DNA of 64,000 nt, from positions 24,676,001 to 24,740,000 of the forward strand of contig OZ024751.1 of the NCBI GenBank assembly GCA_964016885.1. The letters run 5' to 3'. The notes beneath the pieces were generated by a model. It ran no database searches. It was not told the DNA's origin and saw nothing but the letters and a program-made list of their open reading frames with translations. The translations under genes and the position numbers were made by a program. Numbering within the stretch: the first letter of the stretch is position 1; each line of letters begins with the position of its first letter. The DNA comes from Eledone cirrhosa. Taxonomy: Eukaryota. Positions 1 to 13,402 of the stretch are shown here, piece after piece.

Positions 1-606
1 CATCACAGCCACCCACCACCACGACAAACCAACACCACCACCACCACCACCACCACCACCACCGCCGCCACCACCATCAACGCCACCACACCACCACCAT
101 CACCACTACCACCACTACAGCCACCCACCACCACTATCACTACCACCACACCCACAACAAACCAACACCACTACCAACACGACCATCGCCACCAACAATT
201 GCATCATCACCACCACCATCACCACCACAAGCAACCCCTACCACTACCATCATAACAATCCCACCCACCCATACACATAAAGTGAGGAGTAGGAGGAGGA
301 GGGGGGTAGGAGTAGGAGAAGGTGGGAGGTTTTGGTGCTACAATTCACCAACTTTAATCAATATTTCACTTCTTAGAATATCGTTTTCACTTCTAGTTCT
401 ACCTTGGTTTGTTTCAAAATCTAATTCATTGATGCATGTACATCATTTACAACATTCTATCTTCATTCTCCATGGATTATATACACACACACACACACAT
501 ATATGTCTTTCCTGACATTTGTACATTATTCTATGTACTATACATGCACCTTTGATGAGTTGTAGTGCACCTGAGCACTGTACACAATCATTTTCATTAT
601 TATTAG

Positions 607-793
607 GGCGGTGGGTTGGCAGTATCGGTGGAGGGTCGGACGCCATGCTTTCCAGCATAGTTACGTCCCTTTACGATCTGAGTTCAAATCCCGCCGAGGT
701 TGACTTTGCCTTTCATCCTTACGGGGTCGATAAAATAAAGTACCAGTAATGCACTGGGTAATTGCTGGCCTTGTGCCTAAAGTAGAAACAATT
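607..793 (+). mobile_element. tRNA-derived SINE family A (Meta-domain-like core); >15 copies in window, e.g. 4302-4489, 13995-14154, 15787-15972, 26893-27084, 31752-31905, 38745-38933, 41933-42095, 58392-58512
   Basis: B-box gagttcaaatcc plus conserved core gcctttcatccttacggggtcgataaaataaagtaccag, dispersed in both orientations. Confidence 0.85.
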
Positions 794-1016
794 ATTTTAC
801 GATCGTTTCTGGGGGTTAGTTCTGCGTATGAATTACCCGTATTTTTTTTTTCATTATTTTCACTATTTGTATTATTTTGACTCTGCTTCCAATGAATTAT
901 ATCGTTGAAAATTTTGCATTTTAAACTTTGCTTCACGACATCTACATACGGATTACATTGAGTTCTTCATACGGCTTGGACCCTACCATTAATTGGTGGA
1001 TTTATCTGTGTGTGTG

Positions 1017-1092
<76 letters not shown>

Positions 1093-1131
1093 ATATTAAA
1101 TAAATGGAAACTATATTTATAAAACCATATT

Positions 1132-1197
1132 TATTTCATTATATATATTTCGGTGATATCATATTAACAATATGCTATGCCTTCCTCAGACAAAATA
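1132..1197 (-). ncRNA. Hammerhead ribozyme motif
   Basis: UAUUUUGU-CUGAGGA-aGG...(cauauu/aauaug hairpin)...CC-GAAA-UAUAUA-UA^AUGAAAUA, with an 8-bp helix I including two GU pairs. The 3' tail is shared with the copy at 34169. Confidence 0.65.
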
Positions 1198-1655
1198 CAA
1201 TATAAACAGTTTTATAGATAAATATAACTTTCCATGTATATATATGCATATATATATATATGTATATATATATACATATACATATGTATATATATATGTA
1301 TATATATATACATATATTTGTTTTGCAATGTTTTTGATATAAAATTGTGTGTTGAAACAAATATTGTTATATTTGGGGAGGGTCATATTGTTATAATATT
1401 GCTAGAAATAATAATAAAACACACTCACTGTTTGGTTTGGATTGGTTTTCGCTTCTGTACCTTTTATATCTCCCTAATTAATGTATCTGGTAATCAGTGT
1501 TTCTCATTGATTGACCAACAGTTAAAAATACAGATATAAATATATATATAGTCTATCAAAGTTCCTTCATCACACATCTGTGACATCATCAGTGGTACTA
1601 TTATATTTTATTATATTTCCTCTCATTATATTGTAATGTCTACATCATTTTTATT

Positions 1656-1690
<35 letters not shown>

Positions 1691-1780
1691 TTCTTGTCTC
1701 TGTCTCTAAAATACGGCAAAAGCTTCTATTTCTACTAAATTTAAAACTCTATTCGCTGTCTTCAAAACAAACACTTGCTT

Positions 1781-1825
<45 letters not shown>

Positions 1826-2097
1826 CATTCCATTTGTAAAACAATAGGTTATGTACCAGTTATGGTGTCCCCAAAAAATGTATACACACTTTGATTACCT
1901 GTACAGGCAATATTTATTGAAATGCTGTTGAAGTGTACATACATTTTTGGGGGACATCCTGTATATATCTAGCCTGATCAGTTGGAGACGGTTGCTTCTG
2001 ATAGGACCTGCTAGGAGGAGTGTTTGAGGACTCTGCCACCAAGACGCTCTCAGGAATAAGTGAGCAAAGAAGAAGAAGAAAGATGTGAAATACTCAC

Positions 2098-2212
2098 TTT
2101 TGTCTGCTGTACATAGAAGTCTATGCCATCTAATATAATGACCTGGGGGTAGAGAACTGATTGGTGAACTGAGGCACTGTAGTCATACACCTCAGATAAT
2201 GTCTTCAGATAC
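2098..2212 (-). CDS. SWSAP1: Third coding exon of SWSAP1-like gene (YLKTLSEVYDYSASVHQSVLYPQVIILDGIDFYVQQTK); gene continues beyond the window start
   Basis: Minus strand reads ctctgcag|G...AAA|gtgagt, 115 nt, phase 2 in and phase 0 out. It completes AT|G from the 44574 exon and carries a Walker B-like VIILDGID (cf. SWSAP1 LLLLDGLEEY). Confidence 0.8.
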
Positions 2213-2891
2213 CTGCAGAGGGATAATACATTATATTAACAATGATAGAGACCTCAGGTAACACTGACAAATATCTCATAGATTCGATATTATGTGAAAT
2301 AATTATGTAAGGTAAAGAATCTACCACAAAAATACAATAGTGTAATATAGATTAATGAAAATGTTAAAGGGTTAATGATGAGAAAGTTAGTTATATTAAC
2401 TAAATCACTTAAAATTCTTGAATATATTCAAAATTATTTGGAAGTTCTTGATAGTGTCTTTCAGTAGAAATATGGTAACGAAAGTGTTAAGCTGTTTTAT
2501 GTTTAGACAAAAACACTAACTCAAAATCTTTGGCGGCTGACATTTTGTTTTGTTTTGTTCCAGTTTGTTTTAGTTGGGAGATAGATTGGCGCCATCAATT
2601 GTCATTGATATTTCAGTGACTTTTAAGAGGGGAGAGAAAGGAGATTGAATCTGTTAGAATATAATTCTTTATCTGTTGATATATAACAGTATAGTTGCAA
2701 GAGAAGTTTTTAAGAATGGCTCAAAACTGCTGAATAATTGATTGCCAGTAGTTACTCACTTTTACACACTCTCTCTCACTTACACTCACTCACTCTCTCT
2801 CTCTCCCTCACACATACACACACACACACACTCACTCACTCTCTCTCTCTCCCTCACACACACTCACTCTCTCTCTCTCCCTCACATACAC

Positions 2892-2937
<46 letters not shown>

Positions 2938-5219
2938 TGTACCAGCAACAACAGATATATTAGTACCTTTTAAAAATTACATTAGTGCAATAATAATAAT
3001 CCTGGTGGTTGCGGTGGTGTTAATGGTGTTGGTGGTGTTGTTGTTGTTGTTGGTGGTGGTGTTGTTGTTGGTGGTATTGTTGTTGTTGGTGGTTGTGGCT
3101 GATGTTGATGAGGATCATCATCATCATCAGGGTGAGGATGATTGGTGGCGGTCCCAATGACAATGACAAAGGTGATGGTGGTGGTGGTGGTCGTGGTGGT
3201 GATGATGATGGCATAGTGATGACAACTGTGGTGTTGGTAGTGGTGGTGAAGGTAGTGATGATGATAATGATGTTATAAATACTATTATCATCATCATCAT
3301 CCTGATTTTACATCCATTTTCCCTGCTAGCAAGTGTTGGACAGGCACCAGGCCACATCTTCTTTACATATGTTTGTTCCCACCCTCTACAGAGTGAGAAA
3401 CACTAGACATTCATGGCACCAACCATAGGGAGGTCGTAATGTCATTGACACAACAGAAGAGTCCCTCCAGCTTTTTGTTTGGCAAGTTCTCTATGGCTGA
3501 ATGCTCTTCCTATCACCAACCACTTTACAGAATGCATTTTATCGTGTCAATAGTACTAGGGAGGGAGGTTGTTGTGCCCTTGACATAGTGAACAATCCTC
3601 ACAACCCTTTTTGTTATGGGTTCTACAGCTGGATGCTCTTCCGATCACCAACCACTTTACAGAGTGAAACGGGTGCATTTTATGTTTCTAATGAAAGACA
3701 ATGTCCATGATTTTCAAATAATTTCGAAAATAATTAAGGATTTAGCAATATAACTAACTTTCTCATTATCAAGTTGATGTTTAAAACATAACTAAATGGT
3801 TCTTACACAGAATTATGATGGAAAGTTTTTAGATAAATATAAACACTTTAACGTTTTCATTATCATATTTCCAATGAAAGACACTGTCTATAATTTTCAA
3901 ATAATTTTGAAATAATCAAGAATCTGAAGGGAGTTAGTAATGTAACTAAATTTCTCATTATCAAGTTGGTATTTGGAGGATAACTTAACATAGGATCATA
4001 AATACATTTATGATGCAAGGCTTTTAGATAGATATAAACATTTCAAAAGGTATTTGGAGGCCTTTTAGCATTTAAACCGGCCATATTCGGTCAGAATTCT
4101 CTCATCTCCTTCTCACTGTTCAAACCGGCTGTAACCAGCCACTCATACTGATGTTAAGGTATTGTTCTCAAAATAAATATTATCAAAATCTCATAGATTC
4201 GATATTATGTGAGAGGATTATGTCAGGTATAGCCTTTAGCATGAAAATATAGAGTAATGTAAATGCTAAAGCGTTAAGACAGGATCTTAAATAGATTTAT
4301 AATTGTTTCTACGTTAGGCACAAGGCCAGCAATTACCCAGTGCATTACTGGTACTTTATTTTATCGACCCCGTAAGGATGAAAGGCAAAGTTAACCTCGG
4401 CGGGATTTGAACTCAGAATGGCAAGGGCCGTAACTCTATGCGTCAAAGCATGGCGTCCGACCCTCTACCAATACTGCCAATCCACCGCCTATAAATAGAT
4501 TTATAATGCAAGATTTTTAGATAAATATAAACATTTTAAAATATGTTTGGAGCATAACTTAACACACGATCTTACATAGATTAATGATGCAAGGTTTCTA
4601 GATATATACTCTGTTACATGTTCCAGTCATCTGGCTGAGGCCATGCTGGGGCACCACCCTTTATAAACATTTCAAAATAAACAGAAGTATTGCAAAACCA
4701 GGAGCAGTTTTGGAAAGTGTTATGAAAAAGGTTAATATTTAATCTTATTGCCAGGAAACAGAACCTAAAGAATCCTATATTGGAGTGAAAAGTAATTCTA
4801 AATTACACAGAATATCAGAGAGATTCCATTATTACAGAGATATTTCTCTAAAGAATTCTCACATTCAACTTTACAAATATTTCCCTTGGCTGTCTCTTGA
4901 GTCAAAGACAAATATTGCGGCCAGTGAAAATGAATTACTATTGGATATCATAATGGCTTATGACTGAGTCTCAGAAATTAATATCACAGACACACACACT
5001 CTCTCTCTCTCTCTCTCTCCCATACACACATGTACTCTCTCTCTCTCTCTCTCTCTCTTTATATATATATAGCGTAGGTCATTCAGTGAAATACTAGTTT
5101 TAGTACCAAAGCAAGCATTCTATGCACAGGTGGAGTGTAGATATTAGAAAAAACATGTATATGTTATTTATTGTGTATTGTTCTGCTATGCGCATTTCGC
5201 AGAGGATTGGCCCAAAGTC

Positions 5220-5279
<60 letters not shown>

Positions 5280-5323
5280 CGTGCACTCATATATATATAT
5301 ATATATATATACACACGCGTGCA

Positions 5324-5361
<38 letters not shown>

Positions 5362-5641
5362 TATTTTGCCTTGTTTTCATTTATTATCTTCTCTTTGTTA
5401 GTTTTCCTAAGTTTATCATTAGTAATCTGTGATGAATGGGCAACGTTTTTTGAGCAGTGGGTCACATAGGATGTGACACATCTTAAGGTGGGTCATTTAG
5501 GATATGACTCACCATAAGGTGGGCCGCACTACCGAAAATCTCAAGGTAATTTCGAAATTAGACGTCATATATAAAGCCTAACAGGCTGCATGTAGCTCGC
5601 AGGCCACAGTTTACCCAAGACTGATGTATTGTATGAGTTAA

Positions 5642-6792
5642 CCCTTTAGCATTTATACCAGCCATATCCGGCCAGAATTCATTCCCCTCTTTCTGTTCAA
5701 ACTGACCATAATCGGCCACTCATACTGATATTAAGGTATTGTTCTCAAAATAAATAATATCAAAATGTCGTAGATTCAATATTAAGAGAGAAGATAAAGC
5801 CTTTACCATGAAAATACAATAGTATATATATATATAGAGTAATGTAAATGTTATGTGAGATAAAGCCTTTACCATGAAAATACAATAGTATATATATAGA
5901 GTAATGTAAATGTTATGTGAGATAAAGCCTTTACCATGAAAATACAATAGTATATATATAGAGTAATGTAAATGTTATGTGAGATAAAGCCTTTACCATG
6001 AAAATACAATAGTATATATATAGAGTAATGTAAATGTTATGTGAGATAAAGCCTTTACCATGAAAATACAATAGTATATATATAGAGTAATGTAAATGTT
6101 ATGTGAGATAAAGCCTTTACCATGAAAATACAATAGTATATATATAGAGTAATGTAAATGTTATGTGAGATAAAGCCTTTACCATGAAAATACAATAGTA
6201 TATATATAGAGTAATGTAAATGTTATGTGAGATAAAGCCTTTACCATGAAAATACAATAGTATATATATAGAGTAATGTAAATGTTATGTGAGATAAAGC
6301 CTTTACCATGAAAATACAATAGTATATATATAGAGTAATGTAAATGTTATGTGAGATAAAGCCTTTACCATGAAAATACAATAGTATATATATAGAGTAA
6401 TGTAAATGTTATGTGAGATAAAGCCTTTACCATGAAAATACAATAGTATATATATAGAGTAATGGAAATGTTATGTGAGATAAAGCCTTTACCATGAAAA
6501 TACAATAGTATATATATATATAGAGTAATGTAAATGTTATGTGAGATAAAGCCTTTACCATGAAAATACAATAGTATATATATAGAGTAATGGAAATGTT
6601 ATGTGAGATAAAGCCTTTACCATGAAAATACAATAGTATATATATAGAGTAATGTAAATGTTATGTGAGATAAAGCCTTTACCATGAAAATACAATAGTA
6701 TATATATAGAGTAATGTAAATGTTATGTGAGATAAAGCCTTTACCATGAAAATACAATAGTATATATATAGAGTAATGTAAATACTAAAGGG
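5642..6792. mobile_element. piggyBac-like MITE expanded by an internal ~60-bp tandem array (~16 copies, ~5790-6782)
   Basis: TTAA|ccctttagcattta ... taaatactaaaggg|TTAA. Unexpanded ~220-bp copies lie at ~4060-4276, 25100-25316 and 38100-38326. Confidence 0.8.
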
Positions 6793-7131
6793 TTAATACA
6801 CACATTCATCCCTATATTATATGATTGGTAAACACAGATCTGTACTGAGGGTCCTGCTGTACACCGACCCCAAATGCAGGAGTTGATGTCTCATCAATGA
6901 TGTAATTCTGTAGGTGTTTGTTTTGGGCCCTAAACATATATATGACAACATTTTTAGTGAATATGACTGAGAGAGATGGGGAGAAAAGAGGTGGAAGCTG
7001 GATTTAATACTGCCATGTCATGTTGATATTTTGCGAAAAGATAGCTAAATAGCTTTCTGTGAGATTGTTGGTATGACAGACAGAGGTATGCCTATAAATT
7101 GCCAGCCATCGACAACAAAGGAGATTACCAT

Positions 7132-7575
7132 TATAACTAATAACTAAATTTGGTTTAACTCAAGAATCTGATATTATCTTATAGCTTTTGATGGATTGGC
7201 AGTATCGGCAGAGGGTCGGACGCCATGCTTTCTAGCATAGTTACGTCCCTTTACGGTTTGAGTTCAAATCCCGCCGAGGTTAACTTTGCCTTTCATCCTT
7301 ACGGAGTCAATAAAATAAAGTACCAGTAATGTACTGGGTAATTTCTGGCCTTGTGCCTAAAGTAGAAACAATTATAACTAATAACTAAATTTGGTTTAAC
7401 TCAAGAATCTGATATTATTTTATAGCTTTTGGTGGATTGGCAGTATCGGCAGAGGGTTGGACGCCATGCTTTGCAGAGTTACGACCCTTTATGGTCTGAG
7501 TTCAAATCCCGCCAAGGTTAACTTTGCCTTACGGGGTCGATAAAATAAAGTACCAGTAATACACTGGGATAATTG
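7132..7575 (+). repeat. Tandem duplication (~241 bp) of a SINE plus its 5' flank
   Basis: tataactaataactaaatttggtttaactcaagaatctg plus the SINE occurs twice. Confidence 0.8.
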
Positions 7576-7887
7576 CTTTTGGTTTGGGTTTGGGTTTGTT
7601 TTGTTTGTTTTTTTTTGTTTTTGTCAGAAAAAATATTTGCAGTTGGCCATTTTTGTTTTTTTGTTTGTTTTTGCTGAATATACAATGACCTGTCCAACCC
7701 ATTGTAGCAGGAAGAACGGACATTCAATGATGATGATAGTGATAGTGATGATGATGATGATAGGGGTGATGATAATGTTGATGATGGTGGTGATGATGAT
7801 GATGATGATCCAATGCCAAAGAGCACATTGTGCCTTGAACTACATTGCTGACCTTTGGAAGTTTGTGTCTAAAAGGGTTTTATGTGA

Positions 7888-7968
<81 letters not shown>

Positions 7969-8066
7969 TATGTGTGCATATGTGTGTGAGTGTACCTGTA
8001 TACATATATACGCATATGTATATTACACAGACACATACACACATATATAGTGAGAGTATGAGAGGT

Positions 8067-8105
<39 letters not shown>

Positions 8106-8213
8106 AGGAAAAAAATAAATCTCTGGTGAAGAAGAATCGCCTGAAGGGCAATAACTCCCATCTTCCAATTCCACAGACACTTGGTGGAGAGGAAGGAGGG
8201 AGAAGAAAATCTC

Positions 8214-8251
<38 letters not shown>

Positions 8252-8553
8252 CTTTTCAACTTAAGTTTCTCTCAGTTCTGCTGCAAAGCCTAATCAATTT
8301 CATCACGAACTCTCACCTCACTTTCCTTTTACGTTGCCCCGGCAACAACTAGCTACAACATGCAGTCATCGGTTGAGACTCTATCTTTAACTCTTTCGAA
8401 GCTAAACCACTTGAAACCAGCCCTGCTTCAATCCTATTTTCAAGTGTTCATCATCATCATCAACAAAATCCTATGTTTGTTTTCCCATGCTTGCATCTTC
8501 ATCATCATCATCATCATCATTATCACCATTTTATGTCAATTTTTCCACGCTAG

Positions 8554-11500
8554 CAATTGTGTGCAGAACGGTTTCGATGTCCTGCTCGCATCTTGGAAAG
8601 GTTCTTTTGGCAGGATCTCTGCCAGGGCGTCCATGCCTGTAGATTTCATCTCGAACTGGTAGAGCTCCTCGGCAACACTGCCAGGCCAGAGACCTCTGAA
8701 AGTCATCCATAGGCCGTGGAAGGAAAGTCTTCCCGAACAGACTGGTCAGTTCGTCCTCCTCGATGCCTAGAGTTTCCCCGAGAACGCCGTCGCACTTATC
8801 CTCCAATAATCCCCTATAGAATTTCGAAGTGGTGTCTCCGCTGATTTCCATTTCTGCTTGGTAGAGGGCTGTGAGCGCCCGAAGGCACTCGAGGTGCCAG
8901 GCGCCCATTTTCGGTCTTCGCTTGACCCAGGACTGCAGCTCTGTTAGTGAGACGAGTTGTAGCCTCAGCACCTGTTTGCGCATCATCAGCCACAGCATTC
9001 CCAGCCCTCTGTTAGAAGGGTGTTGACAGCAGATGGATCTGCTCACCAATGGAGCCTGTTTCTTCCAAAGGAACTTAAAGAGTAGGCGTTCCATTTTGGT
9101 GAGGTGTTCGCGGGGCCAAGGCACGACTGTCAAGCGGTAATAGATGACAGATGCTATGTAAGTGTTCGCCACCTCCGCTCGACCTTTCAAGGAGAGTTTC
9201 ACTCAGCCCACTTCTAGGTGAGTGCAAACACCTTCGCCATGACCTTGTTCCAGTTCTTGTCCACCTGGAGGTCTGGACCAAACCAGACCCCAAGCAATTT
9301 CACCGGTCCTTCTGTCCAGCATCCAACGACACTGTCAGCAGGCATGGGTTTGCCTCTCCATGTACTGAGTTGCAAACCGACAGTCTTGTTCCTGTCAACG
9401 TTTTATATTCCTGTAATAGGTTGCCGATTACCCCGATGTCCGAGGTTTTCGACACCATTATGGTTACGTCATCGGCATAGGCCGACACTGCTTTCCGCAG
9501 TCCTGGTTCGATCGGGATGCCCTGCAACAGCTCCAACTTCTGCAGTAATGGCTCGAGAGTCAGTACATACAGAATGGAGGAGAGAGGGCATCCGTGAGGG
9601 ATGGAACGCATGATTTGGAATGGCTCCGATAGGTAACCATTCACCTTGACTGCCGAGCAGATGCTGGTATGCATGGCAGCGATCCAGCCTCTGAAGATGG
9701 GACCGAAGCCGGCCGCTTTGAGAACTGCTTACAAGTATTGATGGTCGACCCTATCAAATGCCTTAGACTGATCTAGATTGATCAGAGCTCCACCAAAGCC
9801 CAGCTTACACCCTACCCTCTCTATGATGTATCGTATGAGGTGGAGGTTGTTGTGTATGGACCTGGTCGGGATTGCACATGTTTGCGCTTCCCCTACCAGG
9901 TTCTCAATGCCAAGCACCAGCCTCGCTGCTAACACCTTTGTTTAGGAGAGTTATAGGCCTGAAATTGCTTATCTCATCCCCCTTGTCCTCACCTTTCCTG
10001 ATCTGCCTACAGAACTAGGAATCCTCCCGTTCTGCTGCTAGCTGCAGTAGACCACTTTGAGGATGCCAGAAAACAAGTCTGGCATACCTATGTAAAACGC
10101 ATTAGGGTAGACCATATAAATCGGGAGATTTGTGTTTCCCACAATGGCCTAGGGCATCTTCTATTTCGCCTGCTGTGATTGGCCTTTCGCAGCTCTCTGC
10201 ATCTGTGCTCGAGAGTCGTGGTAGGCCGTCGAAGTAGGAACTGAAGTCCATCACCTCGCTTGACGTACCACTTTTCCCAAACAGTTGTGCAAAGTGCTAC
10301 TGGAAGGCCATGCACATCTGCTTGGATTTAATTAGAATACATCCATCTTTGTCTTGCAAAGACCGAATTGCGGATTTGTTGCCACTTTTCGCCTCTGCCA
10401 CTCGGGCCCAGCTAACAGCTTTGGCTCCCTAGTTTCTTAGAGCACGTGTTCTACTTCTGTTTTTTGTTGAAGAACTGGTGTAGTGCTGTTCTCGCTGCTA
10501 GCACGTCAGCTGTACTGCCATTCCTAAGTGCCTCTTCTTTTCAGTTTTGTTTTTTTCCAAAGCTACTTCCTTGCTAAATGCTATCGATTCTATTCTAATT
10601 GCTCTCTTGAGAGAGCTCCACCACCTGTTGTTAACGATGGCCCCCGTCAACTGTCTCTTAACTAAGGTGTTAATCCGTTCACTGTAGGCTTTACGCGCCG
10701 GGAACGACATGTTTAGCATCCAGTATCTGGGTCCCTGTCTATGTATTCTATCAAGGTTGACTATGCAGGTGACTAATTTGTGGTCTGAATAGGCAACCAT
10801 GTGCATTTGTGGACAGCTTAATGTTTCCTTATCCTTCTGTCTAATTAGAAATCTATCTAAATACGATCTAGAAGACCCAGTGCGGTTGCTGCACGTCCAC
10901 AGTGGTACACTTGGGAAGTCTAGTTGATATCTATCAGCCAGTTGGAATTGGCTGATGAGATTTTTGAGATTATTACACTCCCCTCTATTATCACAAGCTC
11001 CTATGTAGTCCCAACGTGCGTCTAAGATGCCATTCCAGTCCCCCGCTAACACTAAGGAGCGAGACATTCCCAGGAATGGCTCCAGACGCTTGAAGAACTC
11101 TGGTTGCAATGTCCCAGTCGGCGCATATATGACCACCAGGCTGAAGGCTCCACCTTCACTACCAATCACGTCCAGGACCACCAGGCTGGCCTCCAGTTCC
11201 AAGTTAATCATCTGTACTTTGAGATCCAGTTTTTTTCGAAACAGAACAGCAACTCTCCCACCACCTCCTGGCTTACAGAGAGATGTGTAGATCTCAAAAT
11301 CATCGAACATGGGGGTTAGCTGCTGCTTGTCGTAAATCCTGGATTCGGTGATGGCTATCATATCTATACAGTGTGACTTGAGATCATTTAAAAACTGGCC
11401 CTGTTTCCAGGGCATGCCCAGGCCACATACATTCAAATATCCAGCTTGTATAGTCGCCATGTTGGTGAAGAAGAGTTAGGGAGGGAATAGGCAGGAACAC

Positions 11501-11770
11501 TTACTTTTTAGTTTCCTGGAGGTCGGGTTGTTCGATCTCCATGTCCAGATTGCGGCTGTTTGTGGAGGGAGGGAATCCTTTTAGCAGGATACAGTTAAGG
11601 GGTTTTTGACAAGGGGGGGGGGGGCACATCATGTGGGAAGGTCCCTTTCAATGTTTCATGTTGTAGGATTGTTACCCTGATCAGTTTGAGGTTTGGGGGT
11701 GGGTCGTTGGTGGGGAAGATTTTCCCTTCTGTTTGGATAGTAGGGTCATTTCGGACAGTTTCTACCAATT
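8554..11770 (-). mobile_element. Decayed L1/Tx1-clade LINE (ORF1 tail, APE endonuclease, frameshifted RT, C-terminal domain)
   Basis: ORF 10498-11460 has APE motifs (LNVCGL, AITES, VIYAP, LAGDWN, SYLDRF, SDHK). RT motifs LDQSKAFDRVDH, PHGCPLS and AYADD lie in broken frames. Confidence 0.92.
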
Positions 11771-12106
11771 CTTTGTTTGTTGTTTTTATGTATGTGTAAT
11801 GTGTTTTGTTTTTTTATGTGTACTGTTTCTGTTTGTAGTTTTCTTTTTGTGATCGGGGGGGGGGGGGTGATTGTGGTGGTGTGGGTGTTTGTTTTGTTGG
11901 TGAAGTGTCTGGTTGTGTTGGTGGTGATTGTGTTGTTGGTGTGTTTGTCATTTGTGGCGGTCTGTTTATGGTGGGGTTGGGTGTGTGCGTGTTTTCTGTA
12001 GATGTTAGACTGACAGATAGAGAGTAAGATAGACAGACAGAGAGACTGACAGACACATAGACAGACAGAGAGACTGACAGACAGACAGACAGATAGACAG
12101 ACAGAC

Positions 12107-12151
<45 letters not shown>

Positions 12152-12404
12152 CAGCTATTTATAGTTAAAGGTATTACTACTGTGGTGTTGTTGTTGCTGG
12201 TGGTGGTTGTGGTGATAGTGGTGGTGGTGGTGGTGATAGTGTTGTTATTGTTGTTGTTGGTGGTGGTGTTGGTGTGGTGGTGGTGTGGTGATGGTAATGG
12301 TGGTGGTGGTAGTAGTGATAACATCAGTTACACTATCAGCAAGAGTACCTGTAAACACAATATCAGCAGCAGCAATAATAAAACCAAGCCAAAGAGAAAC
12401 AGTT

Positions 12405-12449
<45 letters not shown>

Positions 12450-12847
12450 ATGGTTGTAGTAGTAGTAGTAGTAGCAGTAGTAGTAGCAGCAGTAGTAGTA
12501 GTGGTGTATAGTGTAGTAGTAGTAGTAGTAGTAGTAGTAGCAGCAGTAGTAGTAGTAGCAGCAGTAGTAGCAGCAGCTGTGGTAGTAGCAGTATCAGAGA
12601 CAAGCAGTAATTGTTTCAATAGGATGACTCATTCACATTCACCTCTTCTCCCACCACTACTATCACCACAAATACTATTACACCTCTACTCCCCTTCTCT
12701 CTCCCCCTGTCTCCTTGCCATTCAGGTTTTCTAGTCAACCTTGATAGCTCATGTCAGCATGTTGATGTTAATGTCAGCTATGCATACACACATATATATA
12801 TACACACATACACACCTGACAGGTTTATTGGAGAGATAGACACGCAT

Positions 12848-12884
<37 letters not shown>

Positions 12885-13069
12885 GAAAGAGTGAGATAGG
12901 TAAAATCCTCACCACAGCACCAAGCGGTGGCAAGAGTGGTTGGGATTTTACCTATCTCTATATCCACTCTACTTCTCCCCATGTTTTGAGTACTCCCGTG
13001 GTTTGTGGGCCCCTCTGTTTCACCGCAGATGCTACACACACACACGCACATATATATATATACATAATG

Positions 13070-13402
13070 GAGGCACATGGCTTAGTGGTTAGAGCATTGG
13101 CCTTGCAATCGAAAGGTTGTGAGTTCAATTCTCAGACTGGGTGATGAGCAAGGCACTTTATTTCACATTGCTCCAGTTTACTCAGCTGTAGAAATGAGAT
13201 GATAGGGACTGGGGTCCCTATCATTCCACTGCAAAGTGGTTGTGTAGGTGCCACGACAAAAAAGCACCCAGCATTCACTGTAAATGAGGTTGGTGTTAGG
13301 AAGGGCATCCAGCTGTAGAAATCAAGCCAGAATCAGTTCCCGTCCCACCCTTGCAAGCAGGGAAAAAGCGGACGTAAAATGAAATGATGATGATGATGAT
13401 GA
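13070..13402 (+). mobile_element. tRNA-derived SINE family B with RTE-type (GAT)n tail; related copies ~16055-16210, 18940-19280, 23420-23628, 34420-34590, 43365-43660, 57720-58000
   Basis: A-box tggcttagtggtt, B-box gagttcaatt, core gttaggaagggcatccagctgtagaaa, and tail cggacgt...gatgatgat. Confidence 0.82.

Noticed and set aside
607-700. tRNA genes at SINE heads
   Set aside because: Only A/B-box remnants fused to SINE bodies; no complete cloverleaf could be built.
5790-6782. Regular repeat array superficially like CRISPR
   Set aside because: Units are contiguous with no unique spacers, there are no cas genes, and the context is a eukaryotic MITE.
10498-11460. Intact 320-aa endonuclease as a domesticated gene
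   Set aside because: It is contiguous with frameshifted RT of the same LINE, so it is best explained as part of a decayed L1/Tx1 copy.
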